DNA of 64,000 nt from a candidate division WS2 bacterium ADurb.Bin280 (GTDB lineage: Bacteria > Patescibacteriota > UBA1384 > DTJR01): positions 333 to 64,332 of the forward strand of contig MWBO01000008.1 of the NCBI GenBank assembly GCA_002071685.1, written 5' to 3'. The notes beneath the pieces were generated by a model. It saw only the letters and a program-made list of their open reading frames with translations. It searched no databases and was not told the DNA's origin. This document shows, one piece after another, positions 48,083 to 58,009 of the stretch. How positions within the stretch are numbered: the stretch's first letter is position 1; each line of letters begins with the position of its first letter. The translations under genes were made by a program, and so were the position numbers.

Positions 48083-48336
48083 AGCTCAAATATCATTCTC
48101 ACCCCATCAATGAATTTACGGAGATTGACAAGTATTTGATGGTGCCCAAAAAACTGCACGAGGATTTTCCCGAAGGCGAGATAGAAATCAGATTGCAAAA
48201 CAAGAAGTTTTCTACAAGAGTTTATGATATTTATTGTGAATGCACCGGTAGCAAACACATTCACAAGGTCATCGACTTAAGAAAATTTGAAGGAACAAAC
48301 GACTTTTCAGAGGGCGAGGAAATAGAGATCTCATGA
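48064..48336 (+). CDS. hypothetical protein (90 aa)
   Basis: Its stop overlaps the next start (ATGA). An alternative start is at M26. No motif recognised. Confidence 0.35.
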   Translation: MVSANIKLKYHSHPINEFTEIDKYLMVPKKLHEDFPEGEIEIRLQNKKFSTRVYDIYCECTGSKHIHKVIDLRKFEGTNDFSEGEEIEIS

Positions 48337-49346
48337 AACAAAAAATTTTGCTTATTCCATATGTAAAAAATGGGGAAGAAATTGTTTATTTTGTCGGAAA
48401 GAGAAAATTGAGTTTTGAGAAAGATGCTTCAAAGGAGATTTGGCAACTTCCAACAGGCAAAGTAGGCGACAACGTCGATGGCGAAAAGGTGATCGAGGCG
48501 GCGCTCCGCGAGTTTGAGGAAGAGCTCGGAGTAAAAAAATATAAAAATTTTATAAATCAAAATTATTTTTTTAATTGGAGCAAGGAGGGCGAACAAATCA
48601 GGGAATATGTTTTCGCGCTAGAGCTTGAAAATGAAAAAGTGAAAGTCTGCAAAAGGGAGTTTGAAAAATATGGCTTTTTTAATATCGATAGAGCAAAAAA
48701 AATTTTAAGTTACGACAACCATAAAAACTTTCTTGTCAGACTGGACGAAGACATCAGAACATCAAAATATCCCAAAATTTTTGTCATCTGCGGTCCCGGC
48801 GGGTGTGGGAAGGGTTCATTAATGGACCTGATCGAAGACAAAGCCAAAATCGAGCGCGCCAGAACAGCCACCACTAGAAGCAGGGGAGTCAGCGACAGCG
48901 ACAAGTGTCGGATATTTGTCAGCAAGGGTGATTTTGGGAGGATGAAAAAAAGGGGGCAATTTATCGAAACAAATTTTTTCAAGGGAAATTATTACGGATC
49001 TTTAAAAAGCGAGGTGGAGGGAAGATTTTTGGAGGGCAAAAGCGTCATGATTGAACTTGACTTAAATGGCCTTGAGCGAATAAAATCTATCTACTCAAAC
49101 GTTGTTTCAATTTTTATATACGCTGACTTAAAAACTCTTAAACAAAGAATGGAAAAAAGAGGACGAGACAGCGCAAAAGAAATCGAAAGAAGACTGAAAA
49201 TATCCCAAAGGGAACTTGAAAACTCCTCGCTTTGTGATTACATTATAAAAAATGAAGACGGCAAACTTAAAGAAGCCGCGAAAGAACTTATAAATATAAT
49301 AAACAAAAACACTGTCAAAAAGGAGAAAAATGAGTTCGCAAAATAA
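48333..49346 (+). CDS. NUDIX hydrolase fused to a guanylate-kinase-like P-loop kinase domain
   Basis: Nudix box GEKVIEAALREFEEELGV. Then GPGGCGKGS Walker A, TATTRSRG and an IFVSKGDF Gmk-like core. Confidence 0.6.
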   Translation: MKQKILLIPYVKNGEEIVYFVGKRKLSFEKDASKEIWQLPTGKVGDNVDGEKVIEAALREFEEELGVKKYKNFINQNYFFNWSKEGEQIREYVFALELENEKVKVCKREFEKYGFFNIDRAKKILSYDNHKNFLVRLDEDIRTSKYPKIFVICGPGGCGKGSLMDLIEDKAKIERARTATTRSRGVSDSDKCRIFVSKGDFGRMKKRGQFIETNFFKGNYYGSLKSEVEGRFLEGKSVMIELDLNGLERIKSIYSNVVSIFIYADLKTLKQRMEKRGRDSAKEIERRLKISQRELENSSLCDYIIKNEDGKLKEAAKELINIINKNTVKKEKNEFAK

Positions 49347-49956
49347 AAGTGCTTCGGTATTCATTATAATCGTTGCTATCATAGGATTGATTTTGGGAGG
49401 TATGGTAATTAGCGCACCTTCAACCAATAATGGCTCGCAACAGGCAGTAAATGAAGACGAAGCAATAATTTCGAGAAATAATAAATTTGTCATCGGAAAT
49501 GAAAATGCAAAGGTGCGAGTTGTAATATTCTCAGACTACCTTTGCCCATACTGCGCTGATGTTCACGCGCAAATGAATGAAATCGTAAGCAACGACCCCG
49601 ATAAAGTTTCTTTCGTGACCAGATCGTTCATCGTCCACGACGAGGCCATGATCATGTCGCAAGCGGCACACGCGGCCGGAGAGCAAGGTAAATTCAAAGA
49701 GGCAAGCGATCTGCTTTTCGAGAAATACAACGAAGGGACAGAAGAGAAAATGCTGGAGATGGCTAGAGAGCTAAATCTTGATGAAAATAAATTCAAAAAT
49801 GATCTCAACAGCGAAGAAACAAAGAACTTCATTCAAACCGACAACGAAGATGCCTTTGCTCTAAATCTCAGAGGAACTCCAAGCATTTTCGTAAACGGCA
49901 AGTATGTAGACGACCCCAGTAATCTAATGATGATTATTGAAGAAGCGGCAAAATGA
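49330..49956 (+). CDS. DsbA-family thiol-disulfide oxidoreductase
   Basis: N-terminal TM anchor, CPYC active site and a thioredoxin fold. Confidence 0.7.
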   Translation: MSSQNKSASVFIIIVAIIGLILGGMVISAPSTNNGSQQAVNEDEAIISRNNKFVIGNENAKVRVVIFSDYLCPYCADVHAQMNEIVSNDPDKVSFVTRSFIVHDEAMIMSQAAHAAGEQGKFKEASDLLFEKYNEGTEEKMLEMARELNLDENKFKNDLNSEETKNFIQTDNEDAFALNLRGTPSIFVNGKYVDDPSNLMMIIEEAAK

Positions 49957-50507
49957 AGCTTGCGTTAATCAGCGATCTCCATAGCCAGAAGGCATGCCTT
50001 CGCAGTGTGGAAAAAATCTCCAATCAGCAAAAAATCGGGGGAATTATCTGCTCTGGCGACAATACGGTGGGAGATGACGCAGAGTTCATAAGACAAATAT
50101 TTTCTATTTTAAAGAGAGAAGGGAAGAGGGGATTCTTTATTTGGGGAAACTCCGATCAAGAAAATGTCCGCAAAGAAATTTTAGAAAACGACTTCAATAT
50201 TCATCTTGAAAAAAAGGAATTTCTTTCACTTAAGATATTTGGCCTAAGCTATATGGAGGACTACGTTGCTTTTGACAGCTCCTTGGTCAAAGGAAGTATT
50301 TTTGTCACGCATCAACCTCCGATTCAGCAAGCACTGCTTAAAAAATGTCAAAATGCCCCACTGATGCACATATCAGGCCATCTTCACAAAAAAGCATTTG
50401 TCAAAGAATATCCGGCTACGACTCACATACAAGTCCCGACATTAATTGACGGCAGGTACGCTCTCCTCGATGAAAAAACCAAAGAAGTGGAGTTTGAATA
50501 TATTTAA
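49953..50507 (+). CDS. metallophosphoesterase (calcineurin-like)
   Basis: LISDLH, GDNTVGDD, GNSDQE and GHLH motifs. Confidence 0.6.
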   Translation: MKLALISDLHSQKACLRSVEKISNQQKIGGIICSGDNTVGDDAEFIRQIFSILKREGKRGFFIWGNSDQENVRKEILENDFNIHLEKKEFLSLKIFGLSYMEDYVAFDSSLVKGSIFVTHQPPIQQALLKKCQNAPLMHISGHLHKKAFVKEYPATTHIQVPTLIDGRYALLDEKTKEVEFEYI

Positions 50508-50542
50508 GTACTTCAATAAGATATGTGCTAAAATAAAATCAA

Positions 50543-51499
50543 ATGGAAAATCTTTCAATTTGCACAATAGGAGATACAACAATTGATAGATTTTTTATGC
50601 TCGATAAAGGCGAGGCAGAACTCTTTTGCTCAAAAGGACATTGTGAAATATCTTTTGGACATGGCGAAAAAATATCGATTGAAAAATACAAAAAGTCCTT
50701 TGGTGGGAGCGCATTAAATACCGCTATCGGATTTTCAAGATTATCTGTCAAAAGCTCTATAGCGACCATAGTGGGGGAGGACGAAGACGGCGAGCAAATA
50801 ATCTCATTTCTCAGCAAAAACGGTGTAAACACCAGTTTAATAAAAAAACAAGAAGACACCAATCAATCGGCAATTCTCGTTTATGCCGGAGAAAGAACAA
50901 TATTTTCATATCACAAAAATCGAGATTATGGGCAAATTGAAATACCAAACACTAATTGGTTATACCTCTCAAGCGCAGGTGATGGTTTTGCCAAAATGAT
51001 TCCGCAGATAGATTCAAAAGTAAAAGCAGGGGCAAAAATAGCTATAAACCCCGGCTCCTCACTGATCGAAAATTTTGAAAATTTAGAAAAATTAATAAAT
51101 GTTTGCGAAATATTATTTTTGAACCGTCAAGAGGCTACGATGCTATTTAAAACAGAAAAAATCAACGAACAAATAGACGAGGTTCTCAAGCAAGGACCAA
51201 AAACCGCCGTCATTACCGATGGAGCAAATGGTGCATATGTAGCAAATGCTACTACAAGATTTCACATGGGCATCATGCCAAGTCGTCTGGTCGATCAAAC
51301 CGGCGCCGGAGACTCTTTCTCTTGTGCGTTTACCGCTAGCCATGCGCAAGGAATGTCGCTTGAAGAATCCTCAAGATGGGGTATGGTAAACTCATCAAGT
51401 GTCATTGAAAAAATCGGAGCAAACGACGGGTTGCTAAACGAAAAACAAATTAGAGAAATTGTTGGCTCATCACCAATCTTAAAGGCCGTTGATTTATAA
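50543..51499 (+). CDS. PfkB-family carbohydrate kinase (ribokinase-like)
   Basis: GGSALNTAIGF and DQTGAGDSFSCAF motifs. Confidence 0.75.
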   Translation: MENLSICTIGDTTIDRFFMLDKGEAELFCSKGHCEISFGHGEKISIEKYKKSFGGSALNTAIGFSRLSVKSSIATIVGEDEDGEQIISFLSKNGVNTSLIKKQEDTNQSAILVYAGERTIFSYHKNRDYGQIEIPNTNWLYLSSAGDGFAKMIPQIDSKVKAGAKIAINPGSSLIENFENLEKLINVCEILFLNRQEATMLFKTEKINEQIDEVLKQGPKTAVITDGANGAYVANATTRFHMGIMPSRLVDQTGAGDSFSCAFTASHAQGMSLEESSRWGMVNSSSVIEKIGANDGLLNEKQIREIVGSSPILKAVDL

Positions 51500-51541
51500 A
51501 AAAATAATTTTGAAGCTCTCAAAGCTTCAGGGGGCGATCAG

Positions 51542-52513
51542 ATGAAGAAGATATTTATAGCCAGAAATATCGATGAAAAGGGGATTAATCTTTTAAAAAA
51601 ATATGAGTCGTTCGACGTTGAAATAAATAAATCAGGCGACGTTTTGAGTCAAGAAGAATTGATAGAAAGAGCCAAGGGATGCGAAGCAATAGTGACCCTC
51701 CTAACCGACAAAATAGACGCAAAAGTCTTAGACGGCATCGGCAGTCAATTAAAGATAGTGGCAAATTACGCAGTCGGATTTGACAACATTGATCTGCAAG
51801 CCGCCAAGGAAAGAAATATCGAAGTCACAAATACCCCAGACATAATGACGCAAGCGGTAGCTGAACACGCTATGGCGCTGATTCTTGCTTGCGCCAGAAG
51901 GGTGGAGGAGGGAGATAATTATGTCAGGGCGGGAAAATACAAAAAATGGGAGAGCGATCTACTACTGGGTCCGGAAATTGCCGGTAAAACCCTCGGGATA
52001 ATTGGCATGGGAAATATCGGAATAGCCCTTGCCAGCATTGGCTATCATGGCTTCGGAATGAAAATTCTCTACAGCGATCCTAATATATGCGAAGAAGCGG
52101 ATAGAAATTTTCAGGCGGACAGAAGGTCGCTAAATGAACTGCTCGAACACAGTGATTTCATCTCTTTGCACGTACCTCTACTTGAAAGCACCCATCATTT
52201 AATTTCAGAGGCAGAGCTCAAGAAGATGAAAAAAACTGCAATCTTGGTAAACACCGCGCGCGGACCGATTATCGACGAAAAGGCCTTGGCGGAGGCACTT
52301 GAACAAAAAGAGATTTTTGCAGCAGGAATAGATGTATTCGAATTTGAACCAGAGCCCGTTGAAAAGCTAAAGGATCTACAAAATATAATAATGACCCCGC
52401 ACATCGCAAGCGCAACTCACGAAGCAAGAGAAGCGATGAGCGAACTGGTAGCCCAAAATATAATCGAGGTCTTGCATTCGAGACCGGCAAAAACCTCCGT
52501 GCTCAAAAAATGA
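51542..52513 (+). CDS. D-isomer-specific 2-hydroxyacid dehydrogenase (glycerate/hydroxypyruvate reductase-like)
   Basis: NAD-binding GIIGMGNIGIALA, and a catalytic R/E/H arrangement (TARGPIID, HIAS). Confidence 0.8.
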   Translation: MKKIFIARNIDEKGINLLKKYESFDVEINKSGDVLSQEELIERAKGCEAIVTLLTDKIDAKVLDGIGSQLKIVANYAVGFDNIDLQAAKERNIEVTNTPDIMTQAVAEHAMALILACARRVEEGDNYVRAGKYKKWESDLLLGPEIAGKTLGIIGMGNIGIALASIGYHGFGMKILYSDPNICEEADRNFQADRRSLNELLEHSDFISLHVPLLESTHHLISEAELKKMKKTAILVNTARGPIIDEKALAEALEQKEIFAAGIDVFEFEPEPVEKLKDLQNIIMTPHIASATHEAREAMSELVAQNIIEVLHSRPAKTSVLKK

Positions 52514-53400
52514 ACGAAGAAAAAATTGCCGTTATTGATATAGGCGGAACAAATATTAAGTTTGCAGTTATTGGAGCGCAAGATCGGGCAGAAGTACAAC
52601 AATTTGATACGCCAAAACAAAAGGATGAGCTCCTCAATTCAATAAAAGGCGCATTAGAAAAATCTCTTATTGAAAAAATTAAAAACGTCGTCTTAGGTAT
52701 TCCGGGGCTGGTCGATTATGATCAAAATAAAGTTATTTTCTGTCCCAACCTTAAAGAACTAAAAGATCAAGATCTCAAAGATCTATTTAAGGAAAAAGGC
52801 CTTAATGCATATTTTGCAAATGATGCTGATCTATTTTTGTATGGAGCCACAAATGGCAACTTTGCAATAAACACCCTTGCCCTAACAATCGGAACGGGGC
52901 TGGGGGGATCTTTTTGCCTTGGAGGAGCTGCACCCGATCAAATGGGTTTGGCCGGCGAGATTGGGCACATGAAAATTGTTGCAAACGGTAGAGAGTGCGG
53001 ATGTGGACAGAAAGGATGCGCCGAAGCATATGTGAGCGCTACCGCCCTCATAAAACAAGCGCAAAAAGAAATATCAACGGACGTCACAAAAGCGTATGAA
53101 GTATTTGACTTGGCTAGACAGGGGAACGAAAAAGCGCTTTTTATAATTGAGGAAATGGCAAAATCACTAGGATTAGTAATTGCAAACATGATCAATGTAT
53201 GTGCGGTGGAGAAAATTATAATTGGTGGCGGAATAGCCAAATCATCTGGAGCATTTATTCAAACAGTAAAAGATAATGCTATTGAAAATACATACTGCGC
53301 CCAAGAGCGCAAAATAGATATTTTCGCCCAAGAAGATTTCGAGGAAACTGTCGCAAGAGGCGCCAAAATATTTTTTCAGAGAAATTATGATAGAACTTAA
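52510..53400 (+). CDS. ROK-family sugar kinase (glucokinase-like)
   Basis: IDIGGTNIKFA, and the ROK zinc motif CGCGQKGCAEAY. Confidence 0.75.
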   Translation: MNEEKIAVIDIGGTNIKFAVIGAQDRAEVQQFDTPKQKDELLNSIKGALEKSLIEKIKNVVLGIPGLVDYDQNKVIFCPNLKELKDQDLKDLFKEKGLNAYFANDADLFLYGATNGNFAINTLALTIGTGLGGSFCLGGAAPDQMGLAGEIGHMKIVANGRECGCGQKGCAEAYVSATALIKQAQKEISTDVTKAYEVFDLARQGNEKALFIIEEMAKSLGLVIANMINVCAVEKIIIGGGIAKSSGAFIQTVKDNAIENTYCAQERKIDIFAQEDFEETVARGAKIFFQRNYDRT

Positions 53401-54871
53401 ATACAAAAGACAGGCCCTTCTGGATATTCATTCGCCCCTGTATCTAAAAAGTAAAAGCCACGATCTGGGAGCGGGTGATATAGACGATCTATATGTACTA
53501 TCAGATATTTGTGCACAAAGCAGCTTTCGCTTCATTCAAATGACGCCAATTCATGACAGCAGTCTCAATCCTTCACCCTACATGGGAATTAGCAGTTTTT
53601 CACTAAATCCGATTCATTTAAGTGTCAGCAAAATCCCCCGAAGCGATAAAGTCGATAAAGTCATTGCTAAATGGAAACAAAAACACTCGCTTAGAAAAAA
53701 TAAATCAATAGTTGACTACAAGGGGATCTATCGTTTTAAATTGAAAATTCTTGAAACAATTTTTGAGGATTTCAAGAAGCGCAACAGTGTAGATTATGAG
53801 AAATTCGATCCCCAGACAATCAATTATGCAGTTTTTCGAGCTCTAAAAAACAAATACGAGCTCAGATGGAATAATTGGCCTTCAAAATATAAAATTGCCG
53901 ATTATCAAAAAATTATTTCTAGCGACGACGAAATAAAAGAAAAGACTGAGTTTTTTCTTTTTTGCCAAGAGGTCTTACTGGCGCAGTGGAAAGAGGTAGC
54001 AAAATATGCAAAAAGCAAGGGTGTATTTTTTGTGATCGACAAACCAATCTATCCGATACACGACAGCGCCGATGTCTGGGCTAATCAAGACATTTTTTAC
54101 CTCAACGAGGATGGCTCGGCAAAGTATGTCTCGGGTTGCGATAACCCAAAAGATCCTTTTGGAAAGCAGATCTGGGATCAGGCGGTTTATAAATTTCGTG
54201 AGAAAAAAGAGGATGTGATTGATTATATTGAGAAATCGATTGCTTTTGAAGCGCAAATATCTACCGTAATTCGCCTTGATCACGCAATTGCTCTGGTTTG
54301 GAAATATTATGTAATTGATGCCCAAACAAAAGAAGGAAGGCACATTGAAGCGATTTGTGATGATTTGTTTAAAAGACTGATAAAAAAATTTCCCGATGTA
54401 TTGTTCATTGCTGAAGACGTCGGATTCATTAGTAAATTAATAGACAGACCCCTTGAAAAATACAATCTCCCGGGGATGAGAAGTCCCCAATGGCACAGCA
54501 GAAAAAAATACCGCGAGATAGACGAATACCCAGAAAACTGTCTAGCGTTTACTTCAAATCACGACATGACGACATTAAAACAATGGTGCAAGAGTTTGAA
54601 TGTCAATGAAAAAGAATATTTCTTCAGTAGGAAAGAGGCGAAACGATTCAAAAGCGACGAGTGTGCCCAAAAAATTATCGAAAAAATTTTTCACAGCAAG
54701 GCGAGTATGGCAGGTATTTCGCTAAGAGATTTGATCGGTGATGACAGGAGGTTCAACAAACCGGGGATTAAAAATTTGAAAAACTGGAAATTAAGAATGA
54801 CAAAATACCTTGAGGAAGTTGATTTTTCTCAGATAAAAGAGATAATCAAATCAAGTGGGCGATTTTTTTAA
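53387..54871 (+). CDS. malQ: 4-alpha-glucanotransferase (amylomaltase, GH77)
   Basis: NPSPYMGISSFSLNPIHL and DSADVWANQDIF match the MalQ N-terminal and catalytic-region signatures. Confidence 0.6.
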   Translation: MIELKYKRQALLDIHSPLYLKSKSHDLGAGDIDDLYVLSDICAQSSFRFIQMTPIHDSSLNPSPYMGISSFSLNPIHLSVSKIPRSDKVDKVIAKWKQKHSLRKNKSIVDYKGIYRFKLKILETIFEDFKKRNSVDYEKFDPQTINYAVFRALKNKYELRWNNWPSKYKIADYQKIISSDDEIKEKTEFFLFCQEVLLAQWKEVAKYAKSKGVFFVIDKPIYPIHDSADVWANQDIFYLNEDGSAKYVSGCDNPKDPFGKQIWDQAVYKFREKKEDVIDYIEKSIAFEAQISTVIRLDHAIALVWKYYVIDAQTKEGRHIEAICDDLFKRLIKKFPDVLFIAEDVGFISKLIDRPLEKYNLPGMRSPQWHSRKKYREIDEYPENCLAFTSNHDMTTLKQWCKSLNVNEKEYFFSRKEAKRFKSDECAQKIIEKIFHSKASMAGISLRDLIGDDRRFNKPGIKNLKNWKLRMTKYLEEVDFSQIKEIIKSSGRFF

Positions 54872-54896
54872 ACGGCTCACCCAATTGAGCCGTTTA
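54869..54896. repeat. palindromic hairpin element, copy 3 (TAAACGGCTCA-CCCAAT-TGAGCCGTTTA)
   Basis: Overlaps the malQ stop codon and is preceded by T7. Confidence 0.55.
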
Positions 54897-54925
54897 ATAT
54901 GGGGAGAGAAATATAAGAAAGAATA

Positions 54926-56644
54926 GTGGAAAATAAAACTTGTAAGCAGTGTGGGGAGGATTTTGTCGTAAGTGATGACGATTTGGCGTTTTTGGAAGAT
55001 ATAAGTCCTGAATTTGGTGGGCAAAAATATCTAATAGATAGTCCAAAACTCTGCCACAAGTGCCGACAGATAAGGAGATTAGTCTGGAGAAACGAAAGAT
55101 CACTTTATAAAAGAAAATCTGACAAAGGCGGAGAAGAGATCGTTTCTATTTATTCGCCGGACAAAACAGACTATAAAGTTTATTCAATCGATGAATATCA
55201 AAGCGATAATTGGGACGCCTTGGAATACGGATTTGAATTTGATTTTAATCTTACTTTTTTTCAGCAGTACGATAAATTGATACATCTCGTCCCTCGAAAA
55301 ACAAGCAACTCTATAAGAAATGAAAACAGCGAATTTTGTAACCAAACATGGCAAAGCAAAGATTCGTATCTTTGTTTCAACACCGGTTACGCCGAGAAAT
55401 GTATGTATTGCACCGAAGCATTCTATGTCAAGGACTGTGTGGATTGTTTTGACATAAGAAATTGCGAAGGTTGTTTTAACAGTTTCGACTGCGAAGGATG
55501 CAACAACTGCCAGTATATCGATCACTGCAAAAATTGTTCGGAGAGTTATTTCGCCTTTGACTGCATGGGCAGTCAAAATGTCTTTATGTCAACTGGACAA
55601 AGAAATAAGCAGTATGTCTTTGAAAACCAGCAACTCTCCAAAGAAGAATATGAATCTAAAATTGCACAATTCGACCTCGGTAATCGAACAGTGGTAGATG
55701 ATTTAAAAAATCGCTTCAAAGAGTTAAAAAAGAGCGCAATACATAAATTTAACCACAATATTCAAAGTGAAAATTGCACAGGTGATTACTTAAATCAGTG
55801 TCACAACTGCCATGACTGCTACAATTCATTTAAAGCTGATGGTTGCGTGCGAGTTGCCGGAATTGACGACAATTGCAAGCAATGCCGAGATATGAACATC
55901 ATAACCGAGGCAGAACTCTGCTATGAGGGCACGAGCATAACGGGATATAGAAATCTCTTTAGTGTCTTCGTCGTAAGTGGAAGCGGTAATATGTATTGTA
56001 ATTTTTGCGAGAATTGTAACGATTGTTTCGGCTGCGTTGGCTTGAACAAGAAACAGTATTGCATCCTAAACAAACAATATTCAAAAGAGGGGTATGAATC
56101 TCTGATGAGCAGAATTATTGAAAAAATGAAACAAGACGAACAATGGGGTGAATTTTTTGAACCCAGCATTTCACCATTTGGCTACAACGAAACTCTGATC
56201 AATTTATACGACAGCAAAACTAAGGACGAGGCTATCGCCATGGGAGCCAAGTGGCAAGAAAATGATTTTGCACTGAAGTTTGAGGGCGATTCATACGAAC
56301 CAGCAGAAAATATTACCCAATATGAAGATGAAGATAAGCAGAAAGAGATTGTCAATGGGATTTTGGTTTGTAAAAGCTCCGGTAAAGCTTTTAAAATAAT
56401 GCCTCAAGAGCTAGCATATTATCTTCAGCGCAGAATTCCGATACCACATAAACACTCCGAAGAGAGATTCATGGAGCTATTTCGGGAAAGAAATCCGCGA
56501 GAGCTTTTCGAACGGCAGTGTGACTGCGAAGAGGGTGATCACGATCACTCCGGCAGATGCGAGACACAATTCAAGACAACCTACGCACCAGATAGACCGG
56601 AGAAGGTTTATTGTGAAAGTTGCTACCAGAAAACTATAATGTGA
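54926..56644 (+). CDS. cysteine-rich repeat protein (572 aa, ~50 Cys in CxxC knuckles)
   Basis: GTG start. Runs such as DCVDCFDIRNCEGCFNSFDCEGCNNCQYIDHCKNC, CHNCHDC and CNFCENCNDCFGC. N- and C-terminal zinc-ribbon-like CxxC pairs. No family recognised. Confidence 0.6.
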   Translation: MENKTCKQCGEDFVVSDDDLAFLEDISPEFGGQKYLIDSPKLCHKCRQIRRLVWRNERSLYKRKSDKGGEEIVSIYSPDKTDYKVYSIDEYQSDNWDALEYGFEFDFNLTFFQQYDKLIHLVPRKTSNSIRNENSEFCNQTWQSKDSYLCFNTGYAEKCMYCTEAFYVKDCVDCFDIRNCEGCFNSFDCEGCNNCQYIDHCKNCSESYFAFDCMGSQNVFMSTGQRNKQYVFENQQLSKEEYESKIAQFDLGNRTVVDDLKNRFKELKKSAIHKFNHNIQSENCTGDYLNQCHNCHDCYNSFKADGCVRVAGIDDNCKQCRDMNIITEAELCYEGTSITGYRNLFSVFVVSGSGNMYCNFCENCNDCFGCVGLNKKQYCILNKQYSKEGYESLMSRIIEKMKQDEQWGEFFEPSISPFGYNETLINLYDSKTKDEAIAMGAKWQENDFALKFEGDSYEPAENITQYEDEDKQKEIVNGILVCKSSGKAFKIMPQELAYYLQRRIPIPHKHSEERFMELFRERNPRELFERQCDCEEGDHDHSGRCETQFKTTYAPDRPEKVYCESCYQKTIM

Positions 56645-56945
56645 ATACAGAATATTGAATTTTGAATATCGGGGAATTTAGAATGCAGAATGATGAATTA
56701 AGAATTGTTTGTATAATTGCTTGAATTATTAATTTTGCGTTGTGGTTATACGTTATTCGTTATAAGTTTTGCGTAATCTGAATTCTGGTCTCTGTCATCT
56801 GGAATCTGGCATCTGTAATCTGTCATCTGATATCTGTTCTCTGTAAACTTTTTATTTTTGCATTATCATTTTAATTTTTAACTTTTAACTTTTAATTTAA
56901 TGTAGTTATTCGTTATACGTTATATTGTTGTATAATAAAACAAAC
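56645..56945. repeat. 300-bp intergenic region composed of consecutive 7-bp-periodic arrays
   Basis: NGAATNN x9 (56645-56705). GTTATNC x3 (56745-56765). MATCTGK x10 (56775-56844). TTTTAAC x3 (~56877-56897). GTTATNC x3 (56905-56925). Then TATAAT (56931) and the gap RBS. Confidence 0.5.
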
Positions 56946-56959
56946 TAACGAAAGGGCTT

Positions 56960-58009
56960 ATGTCCATAAAACTTGCAATAAATGGCTTTGGACGCATTGG
57001 GCGTCAAACCTTGAGAGCACTTCTCGAAAAATATAGTAAAGGGGAAACTTCGCTGGAAGAGATTGAGCTTGTCGCAGTTAACGACCTAACTGATCCCAAG
57101 ACGCTGGCCCATCTATTAAAATACGACAGTGTTTATGGAATATTGCCAAATAGGGTGAGCTTTTCTACTGAAACAAAAGATAAAAGTTTTGCCGGAGAGA
57201 TTTACGTTGATAATCTTAGCTTTGGTGTGATAAGTGAACCCGAACCCAAAAAACTTCCTTGGAAAAAATTAGCCGTTGATGTTGTCATAGAATCAACCGG
57301 TCGGTTTACGGATAGGGAAGGGGCAAAAGCCCACCTCGAGGCCGGCGCAAAAAAGGTAATAATTAGCGCTCCGGCAAAGGGCTCCGGTGTCGGGACTTAC
57401 GTTATAGGGGTGAACATGGATGAGCTTTCGCCAAGAGAAAATATTATTTCAAACGCCTCTTGCACTACAAACTGCATAGCACCGATAATGAAAATCATGC
57501 ACGAAAAGTTTTCCATAAAAAAATCTCTAATGACGACCACCCACGCCTATACGGCAGATCAATCACTCGTAGACGGGCCACATCGTGATTTAAGGAGAGC
57601 TAGGGGAGCAGCCATTAATACAATTCCTACGACGACCGGAGCGGCAATCGCAGCGACAGAAACCATTCCGGAATTGAAAGGAAAGTTTGACGGACTGTCA
57701 GTAAGAGTTCCCGTTCCTGTGGGCTCTTTATCCGATATCACAATGCTAGTTGGCAGAGAGGCGACCGTAGATGAAATAAATAAAGCAATCATTGAAGAGT
57801 GCGAAAAACCACATTGGCAGGGGATTATCACTTATACAAACGAACCAATCGTCTCAAGCGATATCATAGGTAATTCGCACTCTGCCATCGTGGACCTGTC
57901 GCTAACACAAGTTGTTGACAAAACGTTGGTAAAAGTAGTAGCTTGGTATGACAACGAGTGGGGATATTCTCACAGAATGATCGAGCAAGTTATAAAGGTG
58001 AGCAAATGA
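56960..58009 (+). CDS. gap: glyceraldehyde-3-phosphate dehydrogenase
   Basis: NGFGRIGR NAD motif and the active-site SCTTNC. Confidence 0.9.
   Translation: MSIKLAINGFGRIGRQTLRALLEKYSKGETSLEEIELVAVNDLTDPKTLAHLLKYDSVYGILPNRVSFSTETKDKSFAGEIYVDNLSFGVISEPEPKKLPWKKLAVDVVIESTGRFTDREGAKAHLEAGAKKVIISAPAKGSGVGTYVIGVNMDELSPRENIISNASCTTNCIAPIMKIMHEKFSIKKSLMTTTHAYTADQSLVDGPHRDLRRARGAAINTIPTTTGAAIAATETIPELKGKFDGLSVRVPVPVGSLSDITMLVGREATVDEINKAIIEECEKPHWQGIITYTNEPIVSSDIIGNSHSAIVDLSLTQVVDKTLVKVVAWYDNEWGYSHRMIEQVIKVSK

Noticed and set aside
56775-56844. CRISPR array
   Set aside because: The repeats are 7-bp units without spacers, and no cas genes are present. No 25-40-bp repeat-spacer structure exists anywhere in the window.
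57958-58005. Extended trxB start
   Set aside because: It would overlap gap by 50 nt. The ATG at 58006 overlaps the gap stop as ATGA and has an SD (AAGGTGAG).
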